From an uncultured virus (IMG/VR IMGVR_UViG_3300020436_000010) (Duplodnaviria > Heunggongvirae > Uroviricota > Caudoviricetes), in the IMG/VR virus record IMGVR_UViG_3300020436_000010: a DNA stretch of 20,000 nucleotides; one strand, 5' to 3'. The notes below the pieces were generated by a model. That model did not search any database. It was not told where the DNA came from and saw only the letters and a program-made list of their open reading frames with translations. Below are positions 16,870-20,000 of the stretch, one piece after another (position 1 is the stretch's first letter; every line of letters begins with the position of its first letter). The translations under genes were made by a program, and so were the position numbers.

Positions 16870-17657
16870 TCTATAAGTTCTTCTACGGTTGTTGATGGTA
16901 TTACACATCTAGAATCATTAAACTCATTAACTACATTTAAACTAACAGAAAATCCTATTGTTTTTTTGTTAATACTCTGTGCTATATGAGTCCAAAAACC
17001 CTCTGATGATACAAAAAATTTACTATTTGCTATAATAGAGGAATTTCGTTTAATAAGTTCTTTGCTGGTTTCTTTTGATGCCACGCCTCTGTATGTTCTT
17101 AGATCACTATCTTTATGTAATAACCATTTAAATTTTAAATTTTTTGATTTCAAGTATTCAATATATTTTTCAACCATGCTTGTATGTAAAAATTTATGAT
17201 GGTCAATTTCATTGTAATTTACGTAGTTGTCAAATCCTTCACGAATATAAAAATCATATTCATAAAAATTTAAAGCAATATAATCACCGTCTGAACAAGT
17301 CTGTTTCGATTTAACGTACATCGGTTTAGGTACAATTTGTTTTCCAGTAACACGACCAAAATCTTTTAGTGTAATTTTAAAATCTGAACCATTATCATTA
17401 TTTAAATGAATTGTATCAATGTTCTGATTTTCAATAGTGTTTTCTATATTAAAAAGATCAGTAAAATCATAAACCGTTTTTAAATTATAAATTTCAGAGT
17501 AATTCAAACCACCTGTTTGATGTGGGGGCAAATCAACAATAACTTTAGTCAAACTTAATTCAGATTTTTCTCTTAGATATAAAAAAGAGTTGAGTGAAAC
17601 AAACATGTCTCCCATACCCTCATTCATAAATATAAAAAATTTGTTATTATCGATCAT
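16848..17657 (-). CDS. GT-B fold, GT9 (heptosyltransferase)-like protein
   Basis: N-terminal GMGDMFV and C-terminal IANSKFFVSSEGFWTHIAQSINKKTI resemble the GT9 GD and DSG..H.A motifs. Confidence 0.55.
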   Translation of the reverse strand: MIDNNKFFIFMNEGMGDMFVSLNSFLYLREKSELSLTKVIVDLPPHQTGGLNYSEIYNLKTVYDFTDLFNIENTIENQNIDTIHLNNDNGSDFKITLKDFGRVTGKQIVPKPMYVKSKQTCSDGDYIALNFYEYDFYIREGFDNYVNYNEIDHHKFLHTSMVEKYIEYLKSKNLKFKWLLHKDSDLRTYRGVASKETSKELIKRNSSIIANSKFFVSSEGFWTHIAQSINKKTIGFSVSLNVVNEFNDSRCVIPSTTVEELIECTEQLI

Positions 17658-18160
17658 TCAGGCAATTCATTATTTTTTTCAGCGTACCATAGAATTACAT
17701 TTTTGTAAAACTGAACACTATCATGATCAGCATTAAACTTTTTAATAAAACCACTCGTTGCATTTTCATTAGATAAAATTTTTGAAGACATTATTTGCAA
17801 TTCTCTTACTGACATTTCATCAATTACACTCTTAAAATTGAATTTCTCATAATATGTCTGTCTTTTACCATGTTGTTTTTTACCACAGAATCGCATACAA
17901 ATACCAGGACAACTTTTTTCATCACTCCAGTTTTCGTGATTTATAACTTCAGAATATTTTTTAAGAATATTTTCAAGAGAATTATTCTTTAAATTATTCC
18001 ATCCTTTAGGAAGTTTATTCAATCTCTCATCTTCAAAATTATTTCTCTCATAAACTGCCCCATGATATGCACAACATGGATACACATCAAAATCTGTACT
18101 GATATCAATGTCGGTCCATTTGCCATCTTTTATACTAAAACAATCGACTACACTATTCAT
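17654..18160 (-). CDS. Stand-alone SPASM/twitch-like Fe-S domain protein
   Basis: C..IDISTDFDVYPCC...NNLKNNSLENIL...CPGICMRFCG; no CX3CX2C radical SAM core. Confidence 0.7.
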   Translation of the reverse strand: MNSVVDCFSIKDGKWTDIDISTDFDVYPCCAYHGAVYERNNFEDERLNKLPKGWNNLKNNSLENILKKYSEVINHENWSDEKSCPGICMRFCGKKQHGKRQTYYEKFNFKSVIDEMSVRELQIMSSKILSNENATSGFIKKFNADHDSVQFYKNVILWYAEKNNELPE

Positions 18161-18857
18161 AGTAATCCTGAAATGTTATAATCTTATCGTTTTTTTCATA
18201 GACAATGTTTTGAATCTTTTTAAACTGATCTTTATTTATTTTTCTTATTTCTCTATAAGTCTCTCTCAGATTAATTTTGAGATTAATTTGAATTCTATTG
18301 TCAATTGCATAATTTAAAGCATTCTCTACATCATCTATATTATGCTGAAAAACAATATAATCCCATTGAGGTTCGCATTTTAATTTTTTCCAAAGATTCA
18401 TATTTTCAAATGCAGTTTTTGTATTGACTCCTATGCGATACTTATTGTTTATCTCATCAGTAGTACCATCTATACCAAAATACATGACAAGTTTATTTTT
18501 AAGATGTGATACGTTTTCGAAATATTTTTTTCTTTTCAGTCCGGCATTAGTGTTTATTTTTAATGTTCTAAAAAACTTACATGAAAATATCGTAAAGTCT
18601 TCTATCTTTGGATGCATTAAGGGGTCGCCAAATTCTCCACAAAATTGAGCACCTTTTCCAAAGAACAAATCTTCATTGAGATATAAAATTTTTTTAAAGT
18701 CATCGAAATTCATATGCACTCTATTCTGTATTAAAAACTCTTTGACTTCATTTTTTATGTGTGGATTTGATGGCATTGAATATCTTTTACATGTAGGACA
18801 ACCAGCATTACAATAATTTGTTATATTAAAATCAAAATAATCATTGTTTTCAAACAT
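18153..18857 (-). CDS. Radical SAM protein (core domain only)
   Basis: CNAGCPTC, CGEFGDPLMHP, TNAG, FGIDG and YIVFQHN. Start probably MFENNDY at 18857. Confidence 0.88.
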   Translation of the reverse strand: MFENNDYFDFNITNYCNAGCPTCKRYSMPSNPHIKNEVKEFLIQNRVHMNFDDFKKILYLNEDLFFGKGAQFCGEFGDPLMHPKIEDFTIFSCKFFRTLKINTNAGLKRKKYFENVSHLKNKLVMYFGIDGTTDEINNKYRIGVNTKTAFENMNLWKKLKCEPQWDYIVFQHNIDDVENALNYAIDNRIQINLKINLRETYREIRKINKDQFKKIQNIVYEKNDKIITFQDYYE

Positions 18858-20000
18858 AATATTTCTCAAATTCAGGCCACTCATCTAAAAGATATGTGTT
18901 ATGGATCTTATCATATTTTTTGAGATACTTAATACCCAATAAAAAATGATCTTTATTTTTTAATTTTGACCTGTACAATCTATGAAATTGAAGATTACGT
19001 TCATATAATTCAATAATATCTTCTGGTAAATTATTGACTTGAAGATAAAAGGGCTCCACGAGAACATTAAAAAAACTTGCATGTTTTCTAAATTGAGAAC
19101 AATATTTTTTTATTTCATATTGATAACCAACGTTCAAAATAGAAACAGTTGCACAATAATCAATATCAAAAAAATTTTGTAATTGTTTTATATTTGAGTG
19201 TTTTTGTTCAAAGTCTGTACCTCTTCTTATGTATTCATCTTTTTTTCCAACACCGTCTAATGAAACATTTATGTGAAACGATTTAAATTTGTCGTAATAT
19301 GTTTTATAATTTTTTGGCAACTTCGTCATATTTGAAAAAACTATCAATGATAAATTTTGAGAAAACTTATTTGATATGAGCCAGTGAATAAATTCGTAAA
19401 AATTATCGTTTAGGAATGGTTCTCCTCCTGAAATAATAATTTTTTTTAGATGCTTCATGATATATTTAAGTTCATCATAAAAATTTTTATCAAAATTATA
19501 ATTCAATTTAGACGAATCTTGAATGAATTCATAATCAAAACTATCCTGATATAATTTTCCATATTTTTCATGACTCGCTTTACTTATTTCATCTTTCAAT
19601 TCTTTATAGACATTCATCTCATTTTGAGATGATCGTTCATGAGCCCATCTTGAAGAAGAATAAGGACCGCAAGTTAAGCATTTTAAATTGCAAAGATTGC
19701 CAAACTTTAATTTTATTGTGTCAGATGTAGGTATATTATAGAACTTTTTATTATAAGTTTCAAGCACATATTTTTTTATACTCGTTTCTCTTCTAGACCA
19801 TAAACCTAATTCTTCTCGTTCTATACACCTTATACACGTACCTTTAATTTTTTCTGATAAATTTCCTGCGATCATATTGTCACGTATTTCTTTTAAATAA
19901 TCTGAATTGAAATACGTTAGTATAGACATATCATTTGTATTGATTTGAGAACTCAATCTCGCATCACTGCACAACTTATATTCATTGAGAGAATCAACAT
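18850..20000 (-). CDS. Radical SAM protein with N-terminal twitch-like domain (5' end beyond window)
   Basis: Frame stays open to the edge (..VDSLNEYKLCSDAR); CIRC..E...SRR, GNLCNLKCLTC, SGGEPF and VSLDGVG...YIR. Confidence 0.88.
   Translation of the reverse strand, partial: VDSLNEYKLCSDARLSSQINTNDMSILTYFNSDYLKEIRDNMIAGNLSEKIKGTCIRCIEREELGLWSRRETSIKKYVLETYNKKFYNIPTSDTIKLKFGNLCNLKCLTCGPYSSSRWAHERSSQNEMNVYKELKDEISKASHEKYGKLYQDSFDYEFIQDSSKLNYNFDKNFYDELKYIMKHLKKIIISGGEPFLNDNFYEFIHWLISNKFSQNLSLIVFSNMTKLPKNYKTYYDKFKSFHINVSLDGVGKKDEYIRRGTDFEQKHSNIKQLQNFFDIDYCATVSILNVGYQYEIKKYCSQFRKHASFFNVLVEPFYLQVNNLPEDIIELYERNLQFHRLYRSKLKNKDHFLLGIKYLKKYDKIHNTYLLDEWPEFEKYYV

Noticed and set aside
12246..18648. Short plus-strand ORFs within the right-hand operon as RiPP precursors
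   Set aside because: They are fully antisense to real genes and have no leader/core pattern.
1..20000. Bacterial O-antigen or capsule locus, or an alternative genetic code
   Set aside because: No wzx/wzy/ABC export or nucleotide-sugar genes are present and the context is phage-like. Long ORFs tile the window under the standard code using TAA, TAG and TGA stops.

Overview
AT-rich, gene-dense window that looks like part of a large T4-like (probably marine or environmental) myophage genome. Evidence: T4-type late promoter boxes TATAAATA, Ser/Thr/Gly-rich virion-like proteins, and phage-style clusters of small modification enzymes. There are four blocks. (1) A minus-strand glycosylation operon (<1-7562): a 902-aa GT4+FkbM+GT-A fusion, a 348-aa GT-like protein, and a >1277-aa multi-glycosyltransferase ending in an Aah/TibC-like protein O-heptosyltransferase domain. 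The last ORF is absent from the ORF track because it runs off the window. (2) A ~340-bp interval holding a circularly permuted (two-piece) tmRNA gene (tag ANNNDYTSAQVALAA) with several promoter-like elements embedded in it. (3) A plus-strand trio (7904-11427): two paralogous structural-like proteins sharing a near-identical PQxQPNAFAGDDDDSF motif, with an acidic protein between them. (4) A convergent, tightly coupled minus-strand operon (11413->20000): three radical SAM enzymes, a stand-alone SPASM/twitch protein, a GT9-like protein, an SGNH-like protein, three small GT-A proteins, two methyltransferase-like proteins and a 2OG-Fe(II) oxygenase. All family calls come from motif recognition by eye, not from database searches.
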